A stretch of 61,325 bases of DNA, counting the filler, from Pirum gemmata (lineage: Eukaryota), in assembly GCA_002812295.1 (NCBI GenBank). It is 8 parts of 8 records of this genome, joined end to end, with 100 filler letters (N's around TTAATTAATTAA, not from the genome) between each part and the next. Parts side by side here need not be neighbours in the genome. Positions count along the whole stretch, not along the records: positions 30,959 to 38,460 come from PDIN01000131.1; positions 38,561 to 46,058 come from PDIN01000132.1; 6 more parts are not named here. The stretch is one strand, 5' to 3'. A program made the translations under genes and the position numbers. This document shows positions 32,245 to 45,690 of this stretch, piece by piece; position 1 is the stretch's first letter; each line of letters opens with the position of its first letter. Below the pieces are notes generated by a model, which saw nothing but the letters and a program-made list of their open reading frames with translations, had not been told where the DNA came from and did not search any database.

Positions 32245-33940
32245 TCTAGTAGTAGCTAGCTAGCTAGCTAGCTAGCTAGTAGAGAGCTATCTTTATTATC
32301 ATAGCTAGTAGTAGCTAGCTATCGATACTACTAGCTAGCTAACTATCGATACTACTAGCTAGCTAGCTAGAGAGCGAGGCTACTAGCTAGCTATGACATA
32401 GTAGAGAGTATCATATAGCTATGCAAAGCTAGCCCCCAGTAGTACTACTAGCTAGCTATGTAGCTGTCGAAAAGCTTGTCGAAAGTAGAGCAGCCAAGGA
32501 AGGCAAGACTAAAAAAGTACTAAAAAAATCTATCTAAATCTATCATATAATAAATGCGTTTGATATGACGTAACGATTGAAAGCTTGAAAGTGGCAAATG
32601 ATGACGCTTGGATGACGTTTTTAAAAAAAAATAGTAAAAACTCACGGTTGCTCACCCCAGAATCTAAGTCTTACATAGTGGGGTTGGTCCTTTCAACAAA
32701 TATCAATCAGTTGTTACGTCAATATTTTGAAAATGACGTAAATTTCTTATTGTTATTGTTATTTTTATCATACGATAGTAGCTAGAACTGTAGCTAGCCA
32801 GCTAGCTAGCTAGTAGACCCCCAGTTTGTATATACAGACCGGATCACACCATCACGGACCATCAATATCATATCGGATATGATATCGATAGTTACTATCA
32901 GATATCATAGCTACTAAGCTATAGACCCCGGGGGGTCTAGCTAGTAGTATGAATATCATACTGCTATAGCAGCAGCAGCTAGCTAAGAGATAGCTACTAG
33001 CTAGCTACAGTCTAGCTACTATGATAGCTAGCTAGCTGCATCTACTAGCTACTAGCTAGCAAACATTCCTGAAGTTTTTTTAAAAAATAAAATGACTATT
33101 AAATTAAAAGAGTATTAATTAAAAGGTTCAAAGTAGCTATGATAGTTCAAAGTATTCAAAGTTCAAAGTAGCTAGTTCAAAGTATTCAAAGTTCAAAGTT
33201 CAAACATTCCTCTGGAAACTGGAAACATACATTCACAGCTACATTCACTTAGTATTCACTTCATACTCTTCATAGTTCATACTCACTTCATACACTTCAT
33301 TCACTAGTCGTCTACTAGCTAGTCGTCTACTACTAGTAGTTCTACTAGTCTACTACCATTCTATACTCAGTCTATACATTCCTCGATACATTCCTTCCTC
33401 AAACGTGATTCGAAAAAAAAAATCAGCTCAGAATTTACTCTACTAGTAGCTAGCTAGCTAGCTAGAGAGCTAGAGAGCTGGACTAGCTACTAGCTAGCTA
33501 GTCTAGTAGCTAGAGCTAGCCTATACTATCCTATTGATACTAGCTAGCTAGCTAGACTATGATATCATTGATATGTATCATTGATATTATTTTTTATGAT
33601 ACAGTAGGTCCACAGGTGGGGATCATATTATGGATACGCTATGATATTACGGAGTTAGTCTATCTACTCAGGAGTTAGCTAGTAGATATCGATAGTAGAT
33701 ATCGATAGTAGATATCGATAGTAGCTACTAGCTATATGATAGTAGATATCGATAATACCCCCCTGCCAAGTTAAAGTAGTAGTCTATCGATATGATAATC
33801 ATAGTCTCTCTACTGACTCTCCTCTACCACTATGATAGCTGCTATGATAGCTAGCTAGCTAGTCCTACTCGGTAGCACTGAGGGACTAGCTAGCTAGCTA
33901 TCGATCGCTAGTAGCTATGATAGCCTAGCTAGTGTCTAAT
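32245..33940. repeat. CTAG/TAG/TATCATA-rich palindromic low-complexity region
   Basis: Many (CTAG)n runs and short local duplications such as (TAGTAGATATCGA)x3 near 33680. Similar patches at ~3870, 17720, 44470, 51670, 57780 and 59370. Confidence 0.85.
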
Positions 33941-34639
33941 TGTCAGAAAGTCCCACGAGGGCGATTTTTGGCAGATTTTGGCAGATTTTGGCATCAATTG
34001 GGGCCGTTGAAATAAAAAGTATCACATAATAGGAAATTGCGTCAATGGTGTAGACTAATGGTAGCTCTAACTAGTTTATGTCTGACATTGTCTGTAGTCT
34101 ATGTGACTATATTGACTCTATATTACTCTATATTGTGACTATGTGTCTGTCATATCAAACATTGACGCTACATTGACGGCGATTTGACGCTAAAAAAGTA
34201 TCAAATAATAGGAAATTGCCAATGGTATGTCACAATTCCATCAAACATGAACATGAAACAAGTATGAAACAGCAACATGTCTCTACTAGCTAGTGTGTCT
34301 GTCTTATCAAACATTGATGCTCACTTTATGACTTAGCTACAGTTCAAACTTCACAGTTCACACAATACTATTTCGTCCACCCTACTTACTAGTAGACTTT
34401 TATTTAGTTAGCTGTCAGAATTAGCTGTTCTCTAGTACTAGCTAGCTAGTAGCTAGCTAGTCTTTAGACGGGGGTCTAGCTAGACTCTAGCTAGAATATT
34501 CTAGAATGTAAAAAAATATATATATAGGCCTCAATTGAGGCCATGAAATGCTGACAAATAGACACTAGTTTTGCAAGTTTTGCAAGCTTGCCTGTGTTTA
34601 TCATAGAAATTCTTGATTACTACTCGTACTACCTACATG

Positions 34640-35480
34640 CCATACTTTGAAAAGTTTGTTTCTTCAAAGTCAAGCGAAGTCCACTGCCTTGTTGGTTTTC
34701 TTTGGGTTAGTATACTGTTAGTATACTGTTATGTGACTTTTTAAAATTTTTGGTAGTTTTTATATATTGATTTCTCATGTTTTTGATTATTATTTTCCAT
34801 ACGTTTTGTTCTATATTCCAAAGGTTGCTGAGGTTGTTATCATTAAAAACTTTTGCTTTGAGGCTTTCTTCTGTGTTTTTTATACTATTGTTTGTCATAA
34901 TCAACTGTAGATTCCAACTATTTAAAAGTGTCGATTTGGACTTGGAGCATATTTCTATTACAGTTTTTATTTTTTCTTTTTTGCATTTTTCATTGTATTG
35001 TTGTTGTATTGTTGGGTGAATGAAGATTTTTTGTTTTTTATTGAAAAATTCGTAGTTTTAAATTTAGTTTGTAGTTGTTGATGTTTTGATAGTTGTATGC
35101 TAATTTTATGTTCTGTGTTGTTTTGTATTGGGGTCATGTTTTGCAGGGTGTCGATTGTGTCGATGATCTATTTTGTTATTAAGTTATTGTTGTTTTTGTT
35201 GTTGATAATGTTGTGTAATATGAAATTTTGGTTTTAGTTTTGATGATGTTGGTTTGTGAGTGTGTTGTAGTTGTAGTTGTTGAGGAAGGAAGTTGGCCAA
35301 CAAGAGTCGTTGGGGTTGTATGTTGTATAGTGTTGTATTCCAGCTGAAAATGTGTTGAAATTTTTTAATAAGATTAGCATTTCTCCTTCTTATGAGATTG
35401 ATCATATTGATACCTTCTTTGTTTTTGTGTGTTTTATTATTGTCTGGTGTAAATTTATTGTTGGCAAAAAAGGTTGTTAT
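34640..35480 (-). pseudogene. Degenerate LINE (Tx1/L1-like) ORF2 3' fragment, paralogous to 49960-50830
   Basis: Shared peptides RRNANLIKKFQHIFS and FNDNNL(S/N)NLWNIEQN; frameshifts and stops. Confidence 0.7.
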
Positions 35481-37434
35481 TAGTCTATAAGTGCACGTGG
35501 TTTTTCCTACCAGGTATGCATTTTAGAATAACCGATTTTTCCCGTGACAGGTGGACATAAGATGTCATAAGTGGCAACCATAAGTGTGAGCCACTCGACT
35601 GTGACTTTTTTGATGATTTTCAAGCTGAACTCCTTGAACTCTCCTTGTGATTTTTCAACAGTTAGTCTACTATTTTTCCAGTTACTTTTCAGTGTATTTT
35701 TTAGAATCTGAGCTCATTCAAGTAGTTCAAGACTACCGTAGTTCAAGAGTGTTCAAGAAAAATTGTTCTTTAGGTCCTTGGCTAATTTTTCAGTGAACCA
35801 ACTCTTGGTTGAATCAGAGTTATAAAAAAATTTATATCGACACTAAGCTTTGAATCAAAAAAAAAAAAGAAGAAAAAAATCTTACTTCCTATCTGTTCAA
35901 CTTCAAACACTTACTTTGAACCAAGACTTCAAACAGTCTTCAAACCTCTGCTTCAAACGTAAAAGTATCATATTAAGTCAGTGTGAATCAAATTGTGGGT
36001 AGCAAGTGGTAGCAGTAATAATCAGATAATGCATAGCTTATAGTATTGCAAATCGTATTTTGAAATTATTATTATTATTATTACTTTCTATTTGAAAACT
36101 CTTTATCAGAAATGTTCCATACAATAAATTTAAATAGCGATTGTTAATAATATAATAATAATATTCCAACAAGTTTATGGATTTCTCCCATTATTTTATG
36201 AAACGATAACCACAACTCTTTACTTTTAAAGGTATCGTATCAACAATGCTAGATCTGCAAGATATTAATAATGTTTCTATACTAATATATTTGAGCATTA
36301 AAAATAATACGCCAGACATATTATATATACTTCATGAAATTTTCACAGAATAGCTACACTAGTAGGCAGGTAACACTACTGCTACGTTACATACACAGCT
36401 CATACACGAGTTCGTATATCGATACGCAAATGCTATATTGACACCTGCCGTGTATACTACTAGCTCGCAGTAGTACGTATGATTCATAGACCAGCTAGTT
36501 TACTGAGACTCTCATTCACCTTGGTTATTGAACAACCAACCACTCCGCCATTTCGGATAGGAGCTATCATATTATTATATAGTTATTATATTATTAGTCT
36601 ATACTCTCTAAATATGATAGTATGTATTATTTCACCTTCTCTTCAGTATCGTAGTCAGTATCGTAGTTAGTTCGATTCAAAGGAGGGAAGTGGGTGATAA
36701 CTCCAATTAAGAAAGAGAAACCAGACCTTTCTCAAAAAATTTGGAAAAATTGAAATAATAATTATTAATAATAGTCATTAATATCAGATTCTAAGTACTA
36801 ATATGCTAGACCTGATATGAGTTATACAATATTTATTATAAAAGAAAGCAGTAACGTTGTCCAAGATTCGATGTAAAAAGCACCAACATAATATATCCTG
36901 TTTCTTTATTTATATCATAAATACTAAGTCTTTATAAACGTGTATTGATATTCTAATAATACAAAGTCCACAAACCACTATGTATTAGCTAGCTAGTATG
37001 ATATGTATCTGATATCCGATATTCTGAATTTCTCTCTAAAATACCCTAAAACACCTCAGCTGTGATATAGTCAGACCCTGTTAACCCTAACATTAGCTAG
37101 TCTACCTAACCATCTGGGGGGCTATCTGGGGGGGGGGTCTATCTAACAGTGCCTAACCATAAATCTCCATATGTGGAGTAGACTGTTACCTGTTATGGTA
37201 TACACTATAGTACTAGACTATAGTAGTATACATACACACGACCTGTCACCTGTTTGTAACCTTGCAATGTGAAGTTGTGACAAGACCATCAAAGAAACAC
37301 CTTAGAAAGAAAGACCACACGAAAAAAGTTTCTTGGGGTGTTTGAGTTGTGGGCTTGTGTGAGTTTGTTTGTATCATACATAGTAGTACTCATACATAGT
37401 AGTACACAGTGTGTGTGTCATACACTTTATTATC

Positions 37435-37435
37435 C

Positions 37436-37467
<32 letters not shown>

Positions 37468-37498
37468 CGTTAACAACAACAACAACAACAACAACGTT

Positions 37499-37543
<45 letters not shown>

Positions 37544-37760
37544 CTCGTTTTCTTTAATAAAAACGTTAACGTATTTATAACCGTAGGGATTGTTTTCCAA
37601 TTCGAGTAATTACAATATTAATTAAACATCGCTTCGTTTTCGTTCAGTTGCGTTTTAGATCGAATTCTAGTCAACAATTGTCACACAACACAATACAACA
37701 CAACAACAACACAACACAACAACAACACAACACAACACAACAACAACACAACAACAACTT
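37435..37760. repeat. (CAA)n and (CAACA)n simple repeats
   Basis: 37435-37542 and ~37685-37758. Confidence 0.9.
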
Positions 37761-38560
37761 AGTTGTGATTACATATGATTAAGTTGTGATTACCAGAGTT
37801 ACCGGTAAGATACGGTGTATGCCGCTAGCTAGGTGCACGCCGTACATTGATAGCTATATCGATATATAGTAGCTATTTCTAGACTACTATTAGTATACCA
37901 GTCTACGACGTTCTCCAGGACTCCCCAGGAGTCTGGGGAGTCCAGGGACTGCCAGGGAGTCCTCCTATAGCAGCTAGCAGCTAGCTAGCTCTAGATAGCT
38001 GGGACGTGGTTGGTCTTTCAATGTTCAAATATGGATAAGAAAAAACTTTTTTCTATTACTTTCCTCTTTCCTAGTATTACTTTCTGTTATTATCTTTTTT
38101 ATTTTTTTTCTAATGTGACCCATATCATAAAGGAAAAACGACCCTTGGCATAATATTATTATTATGATCATAACTATATATAATTATCTAGCTAGCTAGA
38201 TTATAGTCTATCATATTATTTTATAGCTTGGTACCATCCAGTGGTAAATGAATGAAAAGTATTAATTTAATTTATTAATCAAGTAAGTTCAGTGCTTTAT
38301 TATTATTATTAGGAATCTACTTTGGCAAAGACACCTACCTGTCTTATCATAACTCTTATCATCTGCAGAAGGTGAATACCGCAGTTGATTATGGTTGCTA
38401 AAACAAAAATGGTTACGACTTTTATTATTATTATTACTTATACTATTATTATTAATATTANNNNNNNNNNNNNNNNNNNNNNNNNNNNNNNNNNNNNNNN
38501 NNNNTTAATTAATTAANNNNNNNNNNNNNNNNNNNNNNNNNNNNNNNNNNNNNNNNNNNN

Positions 38561-38674
38561 AATTTTAAAGTTCATTTTAATAATTAATTACTACCTAAGA
38601 CAGTTTAAGTCACACTTTCGAGCAATGACTTCTATCAAAGAATAAGTGACGTCCTTTATTTATGAATGTTCCCC
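38561..38674 (-). mobile_element. MITE family D, partial (cut by contig end)
   Basis: Reverse complement of 44742-44850. Confidence 0.8.
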
Positions 38675-39090
38675 TACCAAACAAGCTGCTCCGGTCCACC
38701 CTGGACCAGTACCACCGTAACCACCCACAATGCACTCACATCCCACATGGGTGAGTTTTCCACATTTGGCAGCTTTTTAGGTTCGTAAAAAAAAAAAAAA
38801 AAGTTTGCTTTTGTTGACTTTTAATTTGGTTTGCTTTTGTTGACTTTTTGTTGTGTACCCAATGGGCGTTCTTTAAAATATCATCAGCTGATTTTTTTCA
38901 GTAGGCTATAGCCTATAATTAGGGGGACCAGGGAGGTTACCCGGAGGTAACCCCGGAGGTTACCAGAGGTAAACCAGTCATCAGAGTAGACCCCCCGGGT
39001 CTACTTGACTTCGGGGTCTACTTGACTTCTTTCAGTCTTCAGTAGGCCACTTATCATAGCTAGTAGAGTCTGTTTAGTCCTAGAAGCTAT

Positions 39091-39255
39091 TGTGCTTTTC
39101 ATTTATTTTGTCACTCCAAATATTTATTTGGTTGCTTATAATATTTAAATTGATACTTTTAAATAATAAATATATAATAAAATATACCAAATTAAATGTA
39201 TTGATTTGGTACTATTTATTGTATATTTTATGACGACAAAATAACTGAAAAGCAC
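39091..39255 (-). mobile_element. MITE family A; a diverged subfamily copy with the same TIRs lies at 39454-39645
   Basis: GTGCTTTTCATTTA...AACTGAAAAGCAC. Confidence 0.82.
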
Positions 39256-39273
39256 ACGATAGTAGACTAGTAG

Positions 39274-39408
39274 GGGGAGCACTCAAATAATAAATAGTCT
39301 AGACTACAGCTTCAAATACCCCTACCTATCTACCCCTCGACGTTAATTTCTGGTCAAATACCACCTACCTACCAACCCCTTGACGTGACGTATTATTTAA
39401 ACACTCCC
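39274..39408 (+). mobile_element. MITE family B; another partial copy at ~40175-40288
   Basis: GGGGAGCAC...ACACTCCC with TAG on both sides. Confidence 0.78.
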
Positions 39409-40353
39409 TAGTCTATCATTGCAGTATTAATATCATATTATCAACCCAGCACCGTGCTTTTCAGTTATTTTGTCATAATAGAATACGCACTAATAAATAC
39501 CAAGTCAATACTATGTCAAATTTATTTGATACACAATTTAATTAACTTGGCGTGTTTAATAATTTATATTTCGATTTAAAATAACCACGTTTATAAACTT
39601 AAAAGTACCAAAAAATAATCTAAATGACAAAATAAATGAAAAGCAGGATAGCTGAAGTAAACCTAGCTAGAAACTACCGAGTAGACCGACCCGAACTACT
39701 GTACACAGTCCTCTGTTTTGTTTTTTTTGTTTGTTTGTTACATAGTCTACTCTGTTTAATACACTCTGTTTAATAACGGTTGTCCCCAGGTTTAATTAAC
39801 AAAAGAAGGGTTCTCATCTCTTAGACATCTCCCTGCAATGCAGAGTAACTTGATCACTAATTACACAAGTCATACACAGCCTATTTACTTATAGTTGTCG
39901 TGTTTCATATATAGTACTTTTGTATTAGTACGATTTGATTGTCGTTCGGTTTTAAAACTTGTAATAATATCAGTGTCACCTTTAGATAACAGCTGGCTCT
40001 TTATAGTGAGAGGATTCTTTGCTGTATCTTTCTTGTGTGAAATTGTGTCCCTTTCTGGGTCTTTCAGCTGGTCTTTCCTAGATTCCTGCTCCTTTGTAAA
40101 ATAATGCAGCTGTCAGCATTTTTTTGTTGAACCTGGAAAAACACAGTAAAAACACAAAAAAAAGTTTTCAAATACTTCCAATACTACATAACGCCAATTT
40201 CTAGTCAAATACAGCTTCAAATACCCTACCTACCTACCCCTCGACGCTAATTTCCGGTCAAATACCACCTACTTACCTACCCCTTGACCCTCTAAAGGAA
40301 AAAAAAAAGAAGGCGCCGAGCACTTTTTCTTTCTATCTTTTTCTTTCTTCGTT

Positions 40354-40394
<41 letters not shown>

Positions 40395-42100
40395 TGTACC
40401 ACATTCAATTGCTTTAATATTATTTTATTTTTAGAAAAAGCCAGATTTGGATTTTTGTTTTTCCGCTAGCCGTAGACAAAATAAATAGACAAAGCTATCT
40501 GCTGCTTATAATCTGCAAGACTACAAAGCTATCTACAAAGCTATTGGTATTGTCTGCCAGTTAAATACTGGACTGATGCTGTCATTATCTGTCATTATAC
40601 TGAAGAAGAGAACATTTACTAATGACGTCATCATAGACAACCACCATCTGATCCAATCAGATAAAAATTCTAAGCTTTCAGATTGTAATATAAGCCATTT
40701 TTAAATAAAAAGAATATTTTTTTTAAAAAAAAAAAAAGTGACACCAGTAAAATTCGATCACACTTCATTCAGTCCAAGCATCAAGTTGCCAATAGCCAAT
40801 CTTGCCATCATTGTTGAACTACACAAAGAAAAAATTAAAAAATTGTGAAAAAATTATTTCTATTTTTTTTTTTTTTTTTTTTTTTAAAAAAAACGAACCC
40901 ACCTTTAAAAAATTCATAATATACAGAAAAGTATCAAGTCCCATTGACGAATGAAATGTACTCGATCTTCTTTTGAAATTTGAGAAGTTCAAAAAAAGAA
41001 GTATTTCCAAAAACGGACTTTGCTTATATATTTTTGTTATAACCATGATCAAAAACTACCTTATATGTAAATATAGGAGGTGTATGGACAGTATGGAGAG
41101 TCATTGACTACATCGTGGGTGTATTTATTTTTAATACTGTATTTTAATTAATTAAAAGCATTTTAAAATGATATGCCTTAGATGGCAAAGACTCCATGGA
41201 CATGGAGTTTTTGCTAGATGCACTCCAAAGTTACACAAAGTCATTAAATTTTCTTAATATTCACTATAAAATTTAAATGCATTACGGTACATGTATATAT
41301 AAATTTATTTGATATAATATTAAATATATTGAATTCTAAAATAATAAGACTCAGGCCATACCTATGCTTGTGATATTCCTGTGATATTACTTTATGTGTA
41401 TGTTCTATAATAAATCACGTTCCTACAAAGATTCTTGAAATTGTTGGTGATTTAAATACTGACCAACAATTGTCTTCAAACAAAAAAATAACAAAAACAA
41501 ACAAAAGCAAACAAAAACACAAGCAAAAACAAAAAACAAAATAAACAAACACAAACTTATATTATACATAATATTATGCCCGAAATAAAATGCTTTTAAT
41601 ATTAAAAATGACAGTATTTCTTTCGATTGAAATCCGAGATCTCGTTCTTAGAAAGCACCCATTTTTCCATTGTTAGGAATACAGTGTCGTGTCTATGATA
41701 CCTTGTCTTGTGACTCTTGTCACAAAATAAAAATTATTTATTTGACGTACAGTTAAATAATACGTAGTAGTAGTAGTAGTCGTATTACAGTTTTTTTTGA
41801 TTAAAATTATTATTATTATTATTATTTCTTTTTAAAAAAAATAGTATTATTAATATTATTTAAAAATAGTATTAAATATTGACTACTAAGTACTAACCAC
41901 TACGCCAGCAATAATACGTAGTATATATACATATTATATTTTCTGTTTATCGATATTAATAATAATATCGATCATACAGCCAGTTTTGATAGTTTACTAA
42001 TTTAGTTCTCTATCTAGAGAGTGACCAGTAGTCATTAGAGTTCAAGAGAAACAAACCTGAACTCCTTGATCAGAAGTTCGATCAGAAGTTGGGCTAGTAA

Positions 42101-42224
42101 GGGAGCGTTCAAATACTACGTAACGCCAATTTCCGGTCAAATACTGCTTCAAATACCCCCTACCTACCTACCCCTCGACGTTGATTTCCGGTCAAATACC
42201 CCCCTACCTACCTAGAACGCTCCC
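42101..42224 (+). mobile_element. MITE family B with TAA target duplication
   Basis: TAA|GGGAGCGTTC ... GAACGCTCCC|TAA. Confidence 0.85.
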
Positions 42225-42790
42225 TAATACCATAATATACCGCAGTAATATACCGGTAGATATTATAACTATATTTTATAGCTAGACTATACACAAATAT
42301 AGCTATAGAGTCTAGACTAGTCTATAATAATATTATTTATATAGACTAAGTATCATTTATATAAGATTCATATCATTATACTCTGAATATTTATTTGGAG
42401 GGTTATAATATTTAAATTGACATTTTTAAATCAATACATAGATAATAAAATATACCAAATTAATTTAAATGGATTTATATTGTATTAATTTGGTACTATT
42501 TATTGTTTATTTTCTGATGACAAAACTATGATATAGCTAGAATTCTGCTCAAACCCGAAAACTCAAATTTCTGCCGTCAAAAAAGCCAAAATTCAGCTTC
42601 GTTCGAAATTGTTTTTTTGTATTTTTCGGGTTTATTAATAAATAAATATATTTGGATACTTAATTGTGAGATTAAACATTTCGAACTTATAAATTAATAC
42701 ACAGGCTCGTAATTTCGATTATTAAACCTTCTGAGTAACCAATCTATTCAGAAAAAAAAATCTGTTCATGCCATTTGACTGATAACTGGC

Positions 42791-43022
42791 AGTAGGGGTG
42801 AGATATCTACTGGAACTTTTTTCGAACAGGTGCTTATCGAGCCAATCTTAGTTCCGTGTTCTTTACTAATAATAGCAGTTTAGTTGCTTAAAATAGTAAA
42901 TTTAATTATAGCAGTTACCAATTAAAGTAACAAGATTAACATTAATAGTAATAAAACCATAAAATCGGAAAAGTTTCGGCAGCTGTTCGGTAATAATAAA
43001 ATGACGTCATCTCACCCCTACT
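42791..43022 (+). mobile_element. MITE family C, full-length
   Basis: Perfect 14-bp TIR AGTAGGGGTGAGAT / ATCTCACCCCTACT. Confidence 0.87.
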
Positions 43023-44248
43023 CATTTGACTGCCATTTGTGACAATTTTGTATGTTAATATTATCTATATTTGGATCTTTTAAATTTCAATTTACCAGTC
43101 AGCATCAGTCTAGCCACAATGAGGCCACCTTTTAAACATAGTTTCTCTAGATTGCCATTTCAACGGCGTATATTGCAATCTAAAAGCTTATAATTGTCAT
43201 CTAATAAGTTATGATGATGAAAAAAACTACAAGCTCGAAAATGAAGCGAGAGACATCACCTGTATTTTAGTTTTTTTTTATTTTTTTATTTTTTATAAAA
43301 CTAGTCTACTCTAGCACTCCAAGTATGTATTCGGTTGGTTATGATACTTAAACTGACTTTTTTAAATGAATAAATAGATAATAAAATATACCGAATTAAA
43401 TGAAATGGATTTATATTGTACTAATATTTAGTACTCTTTTTTGTACATTTTATGATATGACAAAACAACTAAAAAGCACGATATTAGCTACGCATTGCTA
43501 TCATAAATTTAAAAGGATTACATTCCAATTGTGTAAATTTTTTGAAATATACACTCGAATGAAGTATATAATGACATTAATATTGCATATCGAAACTTAA
43601 TTAAGAATTTATACTTTCTCTATGTAAATAGAGGTCAATAATACATCATATCATTATTATTATTATCAATGTTATTATATATTATTGATAATCGTGGTAC
43701 GAGAAATAATTTATTTATAGCTTTTGTTATTTATAAATAGAACTTTGCAACTGAACAGTCGTTGACTCGTCGGTCCCTATCCTGAACTCTGTTGATTCTT
43801 TGAAGTTTGAACTCTGAACTTTGTGAGTTTCTATTAACCTGTCTGTTACTATTATTAGTCTACAACCTTATATATATATTTATATACCTTATATATATTA
43901 ATATTATATATTAATTTTTCCTAATAAGTCTAAGCTACTTACACTGCTACATACTGCCTATGTATTGATCATTTTTGATATATATGATATGATAACAAAA
44001 CAAAACACCCGTTTTAGGAAGCTAACCTTTTTATATTTGATCATTTCTTCTCAGATCATTTCTCACAAATTCTCAGGATCATTTCTACAGTGCAAATTTG
44101 CAAAAGCCACATCAGCAAGTATGATAGTTAGTATGATGTATCAGCACCAAGGAGAAATGGGAAAATAATCGAAACAAAGAGCTCGATAAATAGTGACAAT
44201 TCTTTTTTTTTTTTTTCGAGTTTCACGTTTTTTCTATGAAATTTCTAA

Positions 44249-44379
44249 GGGAGCGGAGGTCAAATACAGCTTCAAATACCCCCTACCTACCTACCCCTCG
44301 ACTTTAATTTCCGGTCAAATACCACCTACCTACCTACGGTAACCTACCCCTTGACGTGACGTATTATTTAAACGCTCCC
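44249..44379 (+). mobile_element. MITE family B
   Basis: GGGAGCG ... CGCTCCC with TAA/TTA flanks. Confidence 0.8.
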
Positions 44380-44741
44380 TTATCAAAAGCGAGTCAATAC
44401 TTAAAAAACATTAGTTTGAAAATTTCGAAGGTTTCGAACTAGTGTTGACGGTTTTTCTCACATCTTCTGGCTAGCTAGAGCTAGCTAGACTAGCTACGAG
44501 TGACTACTGTACACAGACTGTACACACCTGTAGACTGTAGTAGTGGGGATTTTAGGATTACGAGTGATTATGATTAGCTAATTATGATCACAAGTACCGT
44601 ATCACAAGTTTGTTTTATTAGAAATAAAAAAGTTCTAACTACTGTTGTAGATACTACTCTAGTTGCTAGTAGCTACTACTCTGCTACTACTAGCTAGCTA
44701 GTAGTAGAATGGAACCGTAGCCGTAACCCTAACAACCCTAA

Positions 44742-44920
44742 GGGAACATTCATAAAGGACGTCACTTATTCTTTGATAGAAGTCATTGCTCGAAAGTGTG
44801 ACTTAAACTGTTTTAGGCAGTAATTAATTATCAAAATGAACTTTAAAATTATGACCAAAAGTGTTTTGGACAAAGAGACATAGGTAAGATTAGGTGACGT
44901 CCTTTATTATGGATGATTCC
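44742..44920 (+). mobile_element. MITE family D (Harbinger-like, TAA TSD) inserted in a degenerate telomeric tract
   Basis: TAA|GGGAACATTCATAAAGGACGTCAC ... GTGACGTCCTTTATTATGGATGATTCC|TAA; CCCTAA units on both sides. Confidence 0.8.
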
Positions 44921-44969
44921 TAATAACCCTAACCCTAACAACCCTAATCCTAAACCTTAGAAACCTACA

Positions 44970-45126
44970 GTGCTTTTCAGTTGTTTTTTCATCATAAAAT
45001 ATACAATATATAGTACCAAATTAATATGATATAAATCCATTTACTTTAATTTGGTATATTTTATTATCTTTATATTGATTTAAAAATGTCAATTTAAATA
45101 TTATAACCCTCCAAATAAATAGAGTG
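44970..45126 (+). mobile_element. MITE family A, 3'-truncated
   Basis: 5' TIR and core homology. Confidence 0.78.
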
Positions 45127-45572
45127 ATATGATAACTCCTAAAATGCCTTAGCTAGCTAGCTAGCTACAGTAGTAGAGAAATATCGAGACAAAATATCTC
45201 GGCATCGCCTACTACTCGATCAATCGAAACTGTCAGTACACAGTATCATTCAAAAACATCCGAAACAAAAAAATGGCAAACCGATATCTGATCGATTGTA
45301 TAAAATTTCCTTTATGAGTTTTTAATTTTTAACTTTTATAAATTATATAAAGCACTTAATACCATCCAACTTTAATTTGCTAGCTGTAGGCCTATGATTG
45401 AAAAAATCGAATCCAATAATTATTATTACTTGAATTTAGCTTGAATTTTGAATATTTCGAACATTTTTGGCTACTGGTAGTTTTAAAACTCCATAGTCAA
45501 AAAACTGCCAAAAATAGGGGTTAACATTAATAGGGTAATGGTTAGAGAGGGTTAGGGGGTAGAGGTAGACTA

Positions 45573-45690
45573 GTTAGGGTTAGGAATAAAGTTAGGGTTA
45601 GGGTTAGGGTTAGGGTTAAAGTTAGGGTTAGGGTTAGGGTTAGGGTTAGGGTTAGTGTTAGGGTTAGGATTAGGGCTAGCTAGGGTTAGC
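45573..45690. repeat. Interstitial (TTAGGG)n tract with variants
   Basis: Direct reading. Confidence 0.92.
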
